Shown piece by piece: positions 39,270 through 49,677 of a stretch of DNA of 64,000 nucleotides. A program made the position numbers and the translations under genes. Each line of letters begins with the position of its first letter. Position 1 is the stretch's first letter. Location of the stretch: the NCBI GenBank assembly GCA_011364975.1, contig RDOE01000003.1, positions 4,200-68,199 on the forward strand, in the 5' to 3' direction. Below the pieces are notes generated by a model. That model saw nothing but the letters and a program-made list of their open reading frames with translations, searched no databases and was not told where the DNA came from. Source of the stretch: Promethearchaeota archaeon (GTDB lineage Archaea > Asgardarchaeota > Lokiarchaeia > Sigyniarchaeales > SOKP01).

Positions 39270-40421
39270 TTGAATGTGAATATAATGTTTCAAGACATTA
39301 ATGAGGAAACTATATTTTTACTAAAAGTCGGATTTGAGCGCTCTCCAAATTCTCAAGTGTTAGCCGAGTATAGAAACGGAGATGTGCATATTTTAAAGGT
39401 CAATAAAGCGTTTACAGAATTTTATGGGTATAGTCAAGATGAGGTGTTAGATGGAAACCCTAGAATTTTGAATTCAAATAAGCAGGACCCACATTTTTTC
39501 ATAACTATGTGGGATGCCATTTTAGATCCCAAGATTGGGTTTTGGAGGGATGAAATTATAAACAAGCGTAAGGATGGCAGTTTGATCAATGTAATTCTCA
39601 CCATTAACACTATTTTTGATGAAGATAACTCTCCAAAATATTTTACTGCCTATCATGTTGATATTACCAAACGAAAGATTGCTGAAGAAAAGTTGAGGAA
39701 ATCAGAAGAAAAGTATCATTTAGCATATGAGCAAGCAGATTTATATAAAGATATCGTAGCTCATGATATTAATAATGTGTTACAAGTTATCAAATCTTCG
39801 CTAGAATTAAGTTCTTTATATTTTAATTCTCCAGAGAAAATGAGTAAAATAAAGGAATTATATGAGATTATGGAGGAACAAGTTATTCGAGGTTCTAATA
39901 TTATTTCAAATGTAGTTAAATTATCTGAACTCGATAAGGAACAAATTCTATCCGAAAAAGTTGAAAGTATAAATTTTCTAAAGAGATCAATAACTTACAT
40001 AAAAGAAAGTTATCCAAGTAGAGAAATAAAAATTCAAACAAATTTCTATAAAGAAAGTGTTTACGTTTTAGCGAATAATTTGCTGTTAGATGTGTTTGAG
40101 AATCTTTTAATTAATTCAATTAGACATAATGATAATCTAACTATTGAATTATTCGTTAAAGTCTCACCCATAGTAAAGGAAGGAAAAAATTATATTCTTT
40201 TTGAAATCAGCGATAACGGACGGGGAATTAACGATGAAAGAAAGCCAATTATATTTGAACATAGAAAAAATTTAAGAACTAAAACTATGGGAATGGGTTT
40301 AGGTTTATCTCTTGTGAAAAAGATAATTAATTCCTATAATGGGAGTATTTGGGTAGAGGATAGGGTAAAAGGAGCTTACCAAAAAGGAAGCTCATTTAAA
40401 TTTTTAATTCCAGAAGCTTAA
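39270..40421 (+). CDS. PAS-domain sensor histidine kinase (no TM segment, no adjacent response regulator)
   Basis: PAS region (KVNKAFTEFYGYSQDEVLDGNPRIL). H-box VAHDINNVL. N-box ENLLINSIRHN. G1 DNGRGI. G2 GMGLGLSLVKK. TTG start; an alternative ATG lies at 39285. Confidence 0.85.
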   Translation: MNVNIMFQDINEETIFLLKVGFERSPNSQVLAEYRNGDVHILKVNKAFTEFYGYSQDEVLDGNPRILNSNKQDPHFFITMWDAILDPKIGFWRDEIINKRKDGSLINVILTINTIFDEDNSPKYFTAYHVDITKRKIAEEKLRKSEEKYHLAYEQADLYKDIVAHDINNVLQVIKSSLELSSLYFNSPEKMSKIKELYEIMEEQVIRGSNIISNVVKLSELDKEQILSEKVESINFLKRSITYIKESYPSREIKIQTNFYKESVYVLANNLLLDVFENLLINSIRHNDNLTIELFVKVSPIVKEGKNYILFEISDNGRGINDERKPIIFEHRKNLRTKTMGMGLGLSLVKKIINSYNGSIWVEDRVKGAYQKGSSFKFLIPEA

Positions 40422-40929
40422 TTAATTTCATTTTTGCTTTAAGAAAATTGGTACCCTCTCTTAAAACACTTCTGCTAATATTTTAAAGCATAATTACAGT
40501 TTATAGGAATTTAAATATCATGAATTGGATTTGTAAATATCTATCCTATTGAATGAAATAAATTTAATAGCATAGTTATCCTATGATATTGATAGAGAAG
40601 CTTAGAATTCTAATGGTTAGTATTATTAAGTTAAATAAATTTAAAAATATGATAATAATATCATCCCTAGCCATCCCGCATTTATAAGATAATTTCCTAT
40701 TTGGTTAAAATATCAAAATTATTTTGATAAGCAACTGGCATCACGAATAAATGAGCCCTTTATGAATTTATGAATTATTGGTTAGATAATGATTATTATT
40801 AGAACAATTAGGTTTCTATTCGTGATTTCAGAAAGGTACGTAATTTACTATATCTTCTTTAGCAAAGCTTGATTTATCTTTTAAATCATTACTAAAAACT
40901 TTAAAAGTAATCTCAATACCATATGAAAT

Positions 40930-42456
40930 ATGGATACATATGATTTAGTTGTTGTTGGGTCTGGGGCGGGCTTAAATCTTCTTAATTATGGACTTGAAAT
41001 GGGTCTTAATTGTGCTTTAGTAGAAGATACTAAACTTGGCGCTACTTGTTTAACACGAGGGTGTATTCCCTCAAAAGTATTAGTGCATCCTGCAGATTTA
41101 ATAAGAGAAGCAGAACATGCAAAAAAAGTAGGACTTACTTTTAAGGTAGAAGAAATTAACTGGGATTTCATTGCTAAAAGGATGTGGAGCCAAATCGATG
41201 AGAGTAGAGAGATAGAAAAAGGGCTTTCTGAAGTCCCCAATTTGAAATTATATAAGGGTATTGGAGAATTCATAGGAGAATATGAAATGCAAGTTAAATC
41301 GGTAAAATCTGGAGAAGTGATCGGGCATTTCAAAGCTGAGAAATTTGTATTAACTTCTGGAGCAAGATCATTTATTCCACCCATCGAAGGATTAGAAGAA
41401 GCAGGTTATATAACGAACGAAAACTTTTTTGGTGAAAAGTTCCCTAATAAACCGTGGGAAAGCTTAATAATTATTGGCGGTGGTGTAATAGCCGCTGAAT
41501 TTGCGCATATTTTTTCAAGTTTTGGAACTGAAGTAACTATCGTAGAAATGCTTCCACGATTAGTTATGACAGAGGAACCTGAAATAAGTCAATTTATAGA
41601 GACTAATTTTAAGAAAAGTATGAAGGTTTTTGTAAATCATAAAGCAATACGAGTAAAATTAAAGAAAAAGATAAAAGTTATTACAATCCAAAATGTAAAA
41701 ACAGGCGAGGAAATCGATCTTCACGCAGAAGAGGTATTAGTAGCCACAGGTCGTAAGTCTAATGCTGATCTTCTTAGAGTTGAAAAAACGGGAGTAGAAA
41801 CAGATCAAAGGGGCTGGATAAAAACGAATGAGTATCTGGAGACTACTAAGCCGAAAATTTGGTGTTTTGGAGATGCTAATGGGCTTTATCAATTTCGCCA
41901 TAAAGCAAATTACGAATCTGAAATATGTGCGAATAATATGTTTGGACCTCCTGAGGAAAAACGTACAGTAGATTATTCGGCTGTTCCATGGGCGATATTC
42001 ACTTATCCTCAAATTGGCCATGTAGGAATGACTCAAGAAGATGCGATAAATAAAGGGCATGAGATTTTTGTCGCGTTAAAAAATTACTCAAGTGTGGCAA
42101 AAGGTTTTGCCATGGGATATACTGAAAATGATGTTGATGATGGCTTCGTCAAATTAGTGATTGATAAATCCTATAAAATTTTAGGTGCCCACGTGGTTGG
42201 ACCTCATGCGGCAGTTTTAGTCCAACCTTTTGTTTATTTAATGAATTCTGGATATACATGTGATATGGAAGAATTTCCTGGAAGAGGAGGCCTTATGAAA
42301 TTAGGAAGAGCTTGCCCTGAAGCTGGCTCGTTTATGCCCATTTATAAGTCTATGGTAATTCATCCCTCCCTCAACGAAGTAGCAGGTTGGGCTATTGGAA
42401 ACATGAAACCAATAAATATTAAAATGGAACATCACCATCATCATCATGATGAATAA
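40930..42456 (+). CDS. class I pyridine nucleotide-disulfide oxidoreductase (dihydrolipoyl dehydrogenase/glutathione reductase family) with a C-terminal His6 tail
   Basis: VVVGSGAG FAD motif. Redox-active CLTRGCIPSK. Second Rossmann motif IIGGGVIAAEF. HPSLNEV (His-Glu dyad). Terminal MEHHHHHHDE. Confidence 0.85.
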   Translation: MDTYDLVVVGSGAGLNLLNYGLEMGLNCALVEDTKLGATCLTRGCIPSKVLVHPADLIREAEHAKKVGLTFKVEEINWDFIAKRMWSQIDESREIEKGLSEVPNLKLYKGIGEFIGEYEMQVKSVKSGEVIGHFKAEKFVLTSGARSFIPPIEGLEEAGYITNENFFGEKFPNKPWESLIIIGGGVIAAEFAHIFSSFGTEVTIVEMLPRLVMTEEPEISQFIETNFKKSMKVFVNHKAIRVKLKKKIKVITIQNVKTGEEIDLHAEEVLVATGRKSNADLLRVEKTGVETDQRGWIKTNEYLETTKPKIWCFGDANGLYQFRHKANYESEICANNMFGPPEEKRTVDYSAVPWAIFTYPQIGHVGMTQEDAINKGHEIFVALKNYSSVAKGFAMGYTENDVDDGFVKLVIDKSYKILGAHVVGPHAAVLVQPFVYLMNSGYTCDMEEFPGRGGLMKLGRACPEAGSFMPIYKSMVIHPSLNEVAGWAIGNMKPINIKMEHHHHHHDE

Positions 42457-42496
42457 TTCATTAACTCTTTTCCTCTTTTTTACCCAATTATCCCTC

Positions 42497-43660
42497 CTAA
42501 ATTTTAAAAAATTTTGAATCATGTTCTTTTAGAGAATCAGTAAGGACTAAACATAGTTTCTCTAAAACATTCGTATCAATTTTATCGATCCTATCATTAA
42601 CAGTATGCATATAGGCATGTGTTTCCACTCCACCAATTCCATATCCTTGAAACCCACGATCTCCTAAAAACCCTCCATCAGAATGAGTACCAAAAATTCT
42701 TTTTGTAATATGGGTTTTAATCGTAAGATTTCTATTATTATTTAATAGTAATCTATTGACATCTACTGCGTGATCCCCTTCGCTTCCTCCTGGGAACAAA
42801 AATATATGCTTAGCTATAGATTCAAAATTAAATATTATCGACTTACTGGCATCAAAATTTTCTAAGTTATTATAAAAATGTCTTATACCCATTGTTCCGC
42901 ATTCTTCTGCTCCAGTAAAAAGAAACCACATGCTGTAATTTCGTAATCTATTTTCATGACTACTATAATAGTTTACCAGCTCTAAATTGCACGCTATTCC
43001 AGAGGCATTATCAATAGCTCCATCAGAACTATTATCAGTATTGTTAAGAAGCATCATTATTGAGGGAATTATATTTAAAATTAAAGGAAATAGTCCGATA
43101 ATATAAAATATCATTTGAAATCCAATAAATATTAAATTTTTAAGGCCTATAATAACCAATAGAATGATTGATGTATTGATCCAAAGCTTAATTATTTTTA
43201 TCCTGATTTCAACTTTAAATCTCTGCCCTTTGGAGTCTAAATGACTCATAAACATTACAATTCTATCATTATGCTTCATTTGAGACGATTCAGGATCAAT
43301 CTTTACTAAAAGGTTTTGCGAATTGAATTTTGAAATAAAATGAATTTTTTCGGGCTTTCTTGTTATTATAATGGAAATTATCAATATTCCAAGTAATATG
43401 AGGGTAATTATCATAGAGAACATCATAGTCATATTCAAGTATAGTAATAATAGAATAAAAGAAATGGATAAAAATGCTATTTTGGGATACCATCTTGAAT
43501 AAAACGAACTAAAAGTAAAATTTTGGACTTCAAAATTTAAATTTAAATTTTCTATCTGTTGCTTTAATTTACTAAAGGCTTCAAATTCAAATTTCGTTCC
43601 AGATAAACGAGGAAAAGCAAAATCCTTAAGGTTTTTTTTAATCCGTGCTTCTTCAATCAT
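42497..43660 (-). CDS. membrane-embedded M28-family zinc peptidase
   Basis: MSHLDSKG, DNASGIA and FLFTGAEECGTMG metal-ligand motifs, with several TM helices inserted. Start set at ATG 43660; the ORF is open to 43687. Confidence 0.75.
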   Translation of the reverse strand: MIEEARIKKNLKDFAFPRLSGTKFEFEAFSKLKQQIENLNLNFEVQNFTFSSFYSRWYPKIAFLSISFILLLLYLNMTMMFSMIITLILLGILIISIIITRKPEKIHFISKFNSQNLLVKIDPESSQMKHNDRIVMFMSHLDSKGQRFKVEIRIKIIKLWINTSIILLVIIGLKNLIFIGFQMIFYIIGLFPLILNIIPSIMMLLNNTDNSSDGAIDNASGIACNLELVNYYSSHENRLRNYSMWFLFTGAEECGTMGIRHFYNNLENFDASKSIIFNFESIAKHIFLFPGGSEGDHAVDVNRLLLNNNRNLTIKTHITKRIFGTHSDGGFLGDRGFQGYGIGGVETHAYMHTVNDRIDKIDTNVLEKLCLVLTDSLKEHDSKFFKI

Positions 43661-43900
43661 TATATACTTAATAAAAAAAAGAAACAAAAATAGTTTATTT
43701 TATTTAATTTATCTACTTCCAATGATTTTTAGCAATAGTTTTCTATCCTTAAAATATGAAAATTCTAGGAAGAAACAGGTAGTTAATTCTATTACGCATC
43801 AAAATAGATTATATTAATTTGATTCCCTATTATAAATTTCAGAAAAAGAAACATTGAATGTAAAATTCAAATATTTAGTTTCTTTCAACAATACTAGTAA

Positions 43901-45838
43901 ATGATGCATTTAAAAAATAATCAGTTAGGTCAAATTTTTACTCCCGATTACGTAGCAGAATTTATGGTTAAGAATCTTAAAAAATATTATTCTGTTATTC
44001 ATAATATAGAAAATTTTGATAATGTAAAAGTTCTTGAACCATGTGCCGGGAAGGGAATATTTTTGAAATATCTCTTAAGGGAGGGATTTACTAATATCAC
44101 TGCTTATGAATTAGATAAGAGTATTAAACCTTTTCTATTAAAAAAGTTCCCAAATATGAAATTTAAATTTGAGAATTTCTTAGGGGCTGACCCTGGTGAT
44201 AAATTTGATATAATCATTGGAAATCCCCCCTATTTAGGTCAAAACTATAATGCAGAATTTTTTCAAGACTTAGTAAAAGAACATCCAATTTGTCAGAAAT
44301 TTTTTATTGGAAATATGGATCTATTTTACTTCTTTATTCATTTGGGTATTATTAAATTAAATCCCGGGGCACTTCTTAGTTATATCACTACAAATTATTG
44401 GATTACTAAATCTGAGAGAACGGGAATTAAAAAATTAAAACCCCATATCAAAAATGAGTGTTTTTTACTAGAATATATTGATTTATCAAAATTACAAATT
44501 TTTGAAAAAGCAACAGGCCAGCATAATTGTATATTTACATTACAAAAGAAAAGTAAAGCCGAAGTACAAAATAAAACGGATAAATCAATTAATATTATCC
44601 AAATTGGAAAGTCTTACAATACTAATCGAAATAAAAATAACTCATTTGAATTTATTTTTAATCAGATTCCGTTAGAAAGTCGGGTTCCTAATATTATAAA
44701 ATATAAGTCAGCTTTATCGAATAATGATTTAAGTTTAACTAATAGTTGGAATGTTATATTTCCAATAGAAACTGCCGAATTAATTAAAAAAATTGAGAAT
44801 CAATGTAAAGTTGACAATGACATAACCTACTTAAAGGATTACTTTATCATTAGAAATGGATTAATACTGATTCAGGATGAAATTTTCATACTTAAAGAAG
44901 ATGTGAACATAAAAGTAAAAGGAAATGATATATATATCAAAGTTCAAGACGGATTCATTAAAATAAATGAAAAAGAAAAAGCTAGATTAAAAAAAATATA
45001 TAAAAGCAATGCGATAATTCCCTATAATTACAAAAAAGATAAACTCTCAGGATTTTTAATATATTTTAATAAAGAAGAATTCAACAATCAAGACTTAACT
45101 GTTCGGAACAAAAAAATAACACTGAAATATCCTAACCTAATAAAATACTTGAATCAGTTTAAGGATCAGTTGGAACAAATTTTAATTAATGCTAAAGAAA
45201 ATGTTTTTGACATTTATTTTCCTCGAAGAGGAAGCTTTATCATTCAATATAATCAATCTAATAAGAGACAACTAACCAATCTTGAAAGATATTATGATAA
45301 ATTTCCTAAAATTATATTTAAATACATCTCCAATTCGAATACGTTCGGTTATACAACAGAATCCTATTATGCTACATCGGATACCTACTTTATCTGGCCT
45401 AGGAATATGGAGCAAAAGCTTGATTATCTATTTCTTATCGCTTATCTTAATTCAAAACTAGTTAAATTCCTATTTATAGCAAAAAATATGTTTATTAAAA
45501 GGAGTAAAACAAAGTTAGAGGATAATTTACCATTACCAAATCTCAACCAATATCATGGAATCACAGATAAAAATACAATTAATTTGATCAGATCACTTAC
45601 AAGGTTAATTTTAAAAATGCAAAATGGTGAAGATATTAATAATTTTACGGAACGAGTAGTAGAACTAGAACAGTTAGGTGAAGTTTTAAAAAAAGATATA
45701 TTAAGTCAATTTAAAGAAAATAAAAAAAATTTGGATGTAGATTTTATTCAAAAAATTATTGATTCTCTCTTTTTTAAATTATTTAATGTAGAAGAGAAGC
45801 AAATTGATGATCTAATAAAGAAATACTACAAATTTTAA
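43901..45838 (+). CDS. N6-adenine DNA methyltransferase (gamma class, Eco57I/TaqI-like) with a long C-terminal specificity region
   Basis: GQIFTPDYVAEFMV, motif I LEPCAGKGIF, motif IV IIGNPPYLG. 645 aa. No nuclease motif seen. No adjacent endonuclease gene. Confidence 0.8.
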   Translation: MMHLKNNQLGQIFTPDYVAEFMVKNLKKYYSVIHNIENFDNVKVLEPCAGKGIFLKYLLREGFTNITAYELDKSIKPFLLKKFPNMKFKFENFLGADPGDKFDIIIGNPPYLGQNYNAEFFQDLVKEHPICQKFFIGNMDLFYFFIHLGIIKLNPGALLSYITTNYWITKSERTGIKKLKPHIKNECFLLEYIDLSKLQIFEKATGQHNCIFTLQKKSKAEVQNKTDKSINIIQIGKSYNTNRNKNNSFEFIFNQIPLESRVPNIIKYKSALSNNDLSLTNSWNVIFPIETAELIKKIENQCKVDNDITYLKDYFIIRNGLILIQDEIFILKEDVNIKVKGNDIYIKVQDGFIKINEKEKARLKKIYKSNAIIPYNYKKDKLSGFLIYFNKEEFNNQDLTVRNKKITLKYPNLIKYLNQFKDQLEQILINAKENVFDIYFPRRGSFIIQYNQSNKRQLTNLERYYDKFPKIIFKYISNSNTFGYTTESYYATSDTYFIWPRNMEQKLDYLFLIAYLNSKLVKFLFIAKNMFIKRSKTKLEDNLPLPNLNQYHGITDKNTINLIRSLTRLILKMQNGEDINNFTERVVELEQLGEVLKKDILSQFKENKKNLDVDFIQKIIDSLFFKLFNVEEKQIDDLIKKYYKF

Positions 45839-45907
45839 TTTTTAAGTAAATTTAACCTAATTTTTAACTTGATCGCCATAAAAACTTTGTTTCAGAAGTG
45901 AATATTT

Positions 45908-46966
45908 TTAACCAAACGAAATACCACCTGATTTTGTTAACAAGCTAACATCATTCCATATATAACTGGTGTCTATCATGGTAGGGGAATTACAACTATA
46001 GCATTTTTCGCTTTCTTCAATAAAATTCTTAAAAATGGGAAGTTGTAAGACTTTATTTACAGAAATTTCTCTTAAGTTAGCAATTGGTTTATCTAATTTA
46101 AGACAATTTTCAATATCTCCATTGGAATTAACAAACATAAAAATTTTTTTTGTATGACAATCATAGGGCTTTTTCCCTCCAATAAAGTGGTTTAAGTATG
46201 GTTCAGAATTTACTATTTTTGAACCACTTCTTTTTGCTTTCAAAATTTTTTCAAATGCTGTATTTATTTCGTCATCAGTAGCAGAAAGGCTTCCTTTTTC
46301 ATCTATACTACCTGTTGAGAAATGGCGAATAGTATTAATTATATTAAATGCAACGGGAATGTCCATCTTATTTGATAATTGAATCATCTCTTCAACACGA
46401 TTAATATTGTATTTGCTTATTGAGAAGCTAAATTGTAATGAGATATAAGGATAACAGTTTTTAATAATATTAATAGATTCCATTATTTTATTATATAATC
46501 CCTTCAGTCCTCTGATATTGTCATGCTCTTCCAACCTGGGTGAATCCAGAGAGATAAGAACAAAATCTAAATCGTTTCCAATCTCTTTGATCTTTTGTGG
46601 AAGAAACCACCCATTAGTAACTATTCCAACGATAGTAAATTCACATGTATTTTTAACAAACTTGATAATTTCCACAATATCCTTCCTAATAAGGGGTTCT
46701 CCACCCCATAATATTGTAACTATAAATCCAGCTTCTTTTGCTTCTCTATATATTCGTTTTATTTCCTCTAATGATAACTCATCTTTCTTTTGATTATCCT
46801 TCCAAAGGCAGGTTTCACAGCTACAATTACATTTCAGCGTAGTAAGGAAATGAAAAATGAATGGTTTGTATTTGCTTTCTTTTGCTTCTTTTGCGGCTAT
46901 CGCTAATTTAGCAAGTTGTACTTTTCTTTTCCTTTTAATTTGTTTCATGATTGACTCTTCTTCCAT
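45908..46966 (-). CDS. radical SAM protein (MoaA/NifB/PqqE-type core with extra C-terminal Cys residues)
   Basis: CNCSCETC contains CX3CX2C. LWGGEPLIRKD. Further C-terminal Cys residues (CHTKK...ENC, CYSC). Confidence 0.8.
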   Translation of the reverse strand: MEEESIMKQIKRKRKVQLAKLAIAAKEAKESKYKPFIFHFLTTLKCNCSCETCLWKDNQKKDELSLEEIKRIYREAKEAGFIVTILWGGEPLIRKDIVEIIKFVKNTCEFTIVGIVTNGWFLPQKIKEIGNDLDFVLISLDSPRLEEHDNIRGLKGLYNKIMESINIIKNCYPYISLQFSFSISKYNINRVEEMIQLSNKMDIPVAFNIINTIRHFSTGSIDEKGSLSATDDEINTAFEKILKAKRSGSKIVNSEPYLNHFIGGKKPYDCHTKKIFMFVNSNGDIENCLKLDKPIANLREISVNKVLQLPIFKNFIEESEKCYSCNSPTMIDTSYIWNDVSLLTKSGGISFG

Positions 46967-47033
46967 AACTATATGTGTTTTAGTAAATTATTTATCATTA
47001 ACGGAACTAATATTGAAATCTCCATGAAATTTA

Positions 47034-48095
47034 ATGAATGAATTTCCTCAATTTGATGATGTAGGTAGCTTTCCCTTACCGCAAAATATAGATAAAGAAA
47101 CTTTCAATAAATTTTATTGGATTGCTTACAAAGCTTTTGTTAATAATGTCGATATTTATGAAAATCGGGGTATTTTAACCTATTATATAAATCCACTTAT
47201 CGAGGCTTTTAGATTTAAATTGAATGCAGGAGTTCAAATTATAAATTATCCGCAATTAATGGATATGCATAACCAATTCTTAAAACCTATTGCTGATTTT
47301 GAGTTAGAGCCTGGACTAATTCAAGATGACAAAGCAGTAATATCTGAGGCTACCCTTATTTATCAATTTGCCAAAAAGTATTATGAAAACAATTCAAAAC
47401 CAATAAAATTAAAATTATGTGTCACTGGTCCAGTAGAACTTTATGTTAAAAAGCATAAATTCACAGTTTATTATGATTTGGCCCTAAATTATGCAAAATC
47501 AGTAAATAAATTTTTAAAAAATTCAATAATCAATAATAAATTTATACAAACTTCGATCATTTCAATAGATGAGCCCTCATTTGGCTATGTCGATTTATTA
47601 AATATCAGCGATGACGAAATTGTTAGATTATTTGACAAATCTCTTGAAGGAACAAAATCTCATGGGAGTAATGTTCAAATTCATATTCATACTTTAAATA
47701 GAGCTGATGTTCCGCTTAAATCTAAATATATTGATATCTTGACATGTGAATATGCCTCAAATAAATCAAACAAAATCCCCTATAAAACCTTAGAACAATA
47801 CGACAAATTTATTCGGGTTGGAATCTGTAGAACCAATATTGATAATATCATTGCTGAAAATCTAGATAAAGGAAAAAAATTGGAATATTTGCAAACACCA
47901 CAAGGAATGTCTAGTCTAATTGACTCAAAAGACATGATTAAAAAAAATCTAATGGAAAGTATAACTTTATATGGTTCCCGTTTAAAATATATTGGTCCAG
48001 ATTGTGGATTAGGCGGTTGGCCTTCTCAAAAGGCGGCTTTTGAACTTCTTTCGCGAACTGAATCGGTTATTCGCGAAGTAAAATATGAACTATAA
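47034..48095 (+). CDS. cobalamin-independent methionine synthase (MetE C-terminal/COG0620)-like protein
   Basis: DDVGSFPLP, IDEPSFG and GPDCGLGGW resemble short archaeal MetE-like proteins. The usual HxC zinc motif is not evident (IHIHT instead). Confidence 0.55.
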   Translation: MNEFPQFDDVGSFPLPQNIDKETFNKFYWIAYKAFVNNVDIYENRGILTYYINPLIEAFRFKLNAGVQIINYPQLMDMHNQFLKPIADFELEPGLIQDDKAVISEATLIYQFAKKYYENNSKPIKLKLCVTGPVELYVKKHKFTVYYDLALNYAKSVNKFLKNSIINNKFIQTSIISIDEPSFGYVDLLNISDDEIVRLFDKSLEGTKSHGSNVQIHIHTLNRADVPLKSKYIDILTCEYASNKSNKIPYKTLEQYDKFIRVGICRTNIDNIIAENLDKGKKLEYLQTPQGMSSLIDSKDMIKKNLMESITLYGSRLKYIGPDCGLGGWPSQKAAFELLSRTESVIREVKYEL

Positions 48096-48161
48096 TATAA
48101 TTTAGTTTCTCAAAAAAATAGAGCTTAAAATAGTTTATCGAAGAATAAGAATCAAAAGATA

Positions 48162-48770
48162 TTGTCATTATTTAGCATGATAATTGATCATTTGACTCAA
48201 TCAATCCAATTAAAGATTTGTTATTTTGGACCAGCTCTATCTGGAAAAACTACTTCGATTAAAGCGCTTTTTAATCATTTTGGAATAGAAGAAAGAGTAT
48301 TATGTATTGAAAGTAGTGTAAATCGTACCCTTTTCTTTGATTATGGAACAATAACTTTTGAAAATCAAAAATGGCTGCTCAAACTTCATCTTTATTCAAC
48401 AACCGGACAAGACTTTTATATAATTACAAGACCAACCACTCTAAAAGCATTAGATGGCATGATTTTTGTCATCGATTCCCAAGAAGATGCGTATTATCGA
48501 AATTTGACTTCATGGTATGAGTTATATAATTACTTTGAGGATGAGCTCATTAATTTACCAAAAGTTTTTGCTTTTAACAAGCAAGATTTATTTGATTTAT
48601 TTGAACCTTCCCTTTTCTTAGAAAATATCAATTATTTTAAACTTAATAATCTATTAATTAACAACACAATTGCAATTGAGGGGGAGGGCATTCTAAACTG
48701 CTTTGAAGATTTACTATCCCTGATCTTTAACAATTTAAATAAAACACCATTAGCTACGCTACCTACTTAA
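48162..48770 (+). CDS. MglA-like small GTPase
   Basis: KICYFGPALSGKTTSIKALF, NRTLFFDY, HLYSTTGQDFY, IFVIDSQ and NKQDL are collinear with bacterial MglA. TTG start; an alternative ATG lies at 48177. Confidence 0.8.
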   Translation: MSLFSMIIDHLTQSIQLKICYFGPALSGKTTSIKALFNHFGIEERVLCIESSVNRTLFFDYGTITFENQKWLLKLHLYSTTGQDFYIITRPTTLKALDGMIFVIDSQEDAYYRNLTSWYELYNYFEDELINLPKVFAFNKQDLFDLFEPSLFLENINYFKLNNLLINNTIAIEGEGILNCFEDLLSLIFNNLNKTPLATLPT

Positions 48771-48985
48771 ATCATAATGGATTTATATTTAATATTTTAT
48801 TTTCTATTTCCTTCTTATTTTATTGGATATCTTTAGTATTATTAAAAGTAATAAATTCATATCTAGACAGTTATTCTTCATAAAAAACAAGTTTTTATAG
48901 GTGAATTCGTATTCATTTAATGTAAATTAAATGATGTTAATTTGTTCTTTACAAATAATTAAAAAAAAAAAGGATTGAACATAAA

Positions 48986-49603
48986 ATGTCTGATGAGTTT
49001 GATGATGATTATAATGATTTTTTTGAACGTATACGGGATTATTTGAAAATTGATCCTGAAAAGTTTGATTTTGACATTATATTCATGCCCGAATTAGATT
49101 TAAATCAAAATTTTAATCCAGATAACCAAGAATTTAATGGGTTTAAAGTGAACTATCATTTTGAAAAAGGAATGGACAAGCCCGAGATAAAAATTGAAGG
49201 AGATTTTGATAATGAAAAACTTAAGGATTATTTTAAAAATTTAAATGTTCAAAACTATCCTCGATTAAAGCCCTTTATAAGAAAGCAAAATAAGAATATA
49301 ATTGAGAGTCGTTCCTTAACATTACAGCCAAGAGAAGAGGAGTTTGTAATCAAAAAAAAGGATCTTTACTATGAATTAAATTTAACAACGAATGGTGCTG
49401 AAATAGTAGTCGAAGCTCCGGGTGTAGAAAAAGGGCATGTCATTTTATCATTAACTGACAACGGAAAGAAATTGAAAATTATTATTCGAAATAGATTTGA
49501 TGAATTTGAGAAGATAATACCATTACCATTTGAATCTATTTTGGAGAATCACAGTTTAGAAATAAATAATGGTATCATTTCAATTGAGATTTATAAAAAA
49601 TGA
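48986..49603 (+). CDS. hsp20: small heat-shock protein (Hsp20/alpha-crystallin domain) with an acidic N-terminal extension
   Basis: The C-terminal 90 aa (YYELNLTTNGAEIVVEAPGVEKGHVILSLTDNGKKLKIII...KIIPLPFESILENHSLEINNGIISIEI) match the ACD strand pattern. Confidence 0.7.
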   Translation: MSDEFDDDYNDFFERIRDYLKIDPEKFDFDIIFMPELDLNQNFNPDNQEFNGFKVNYHFEKGMDKPEIKIEGDFDNEKLKDYFKNLNVQNYPRLKPFIRKQNKNIIESRSLTLQPREEEFVIKKKDLYYELNLTTNGAEIVVEAPGVEKGHVILSLTDNGKKLKIIIRNRFDEFEKIIPLPFESILENHSLEINNGIISIEIYKK

Positions 49604-49677
49604 AATTAAAATCATAAAAATAAAGAAAAAAAATTATAATTATAGATATTAAATAAGATTATAACTGATGGGGAATC

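Noticed and set aside
42424-42456. His6 tract considered as a cloning or expression-tag artefact
   Set aside because: The codons are followed by GAT GAA TAA and ordinary local intergenic sequence. The convergent M28 gene begins 40 nt later. No vector, linker or protease-site sequence is present.
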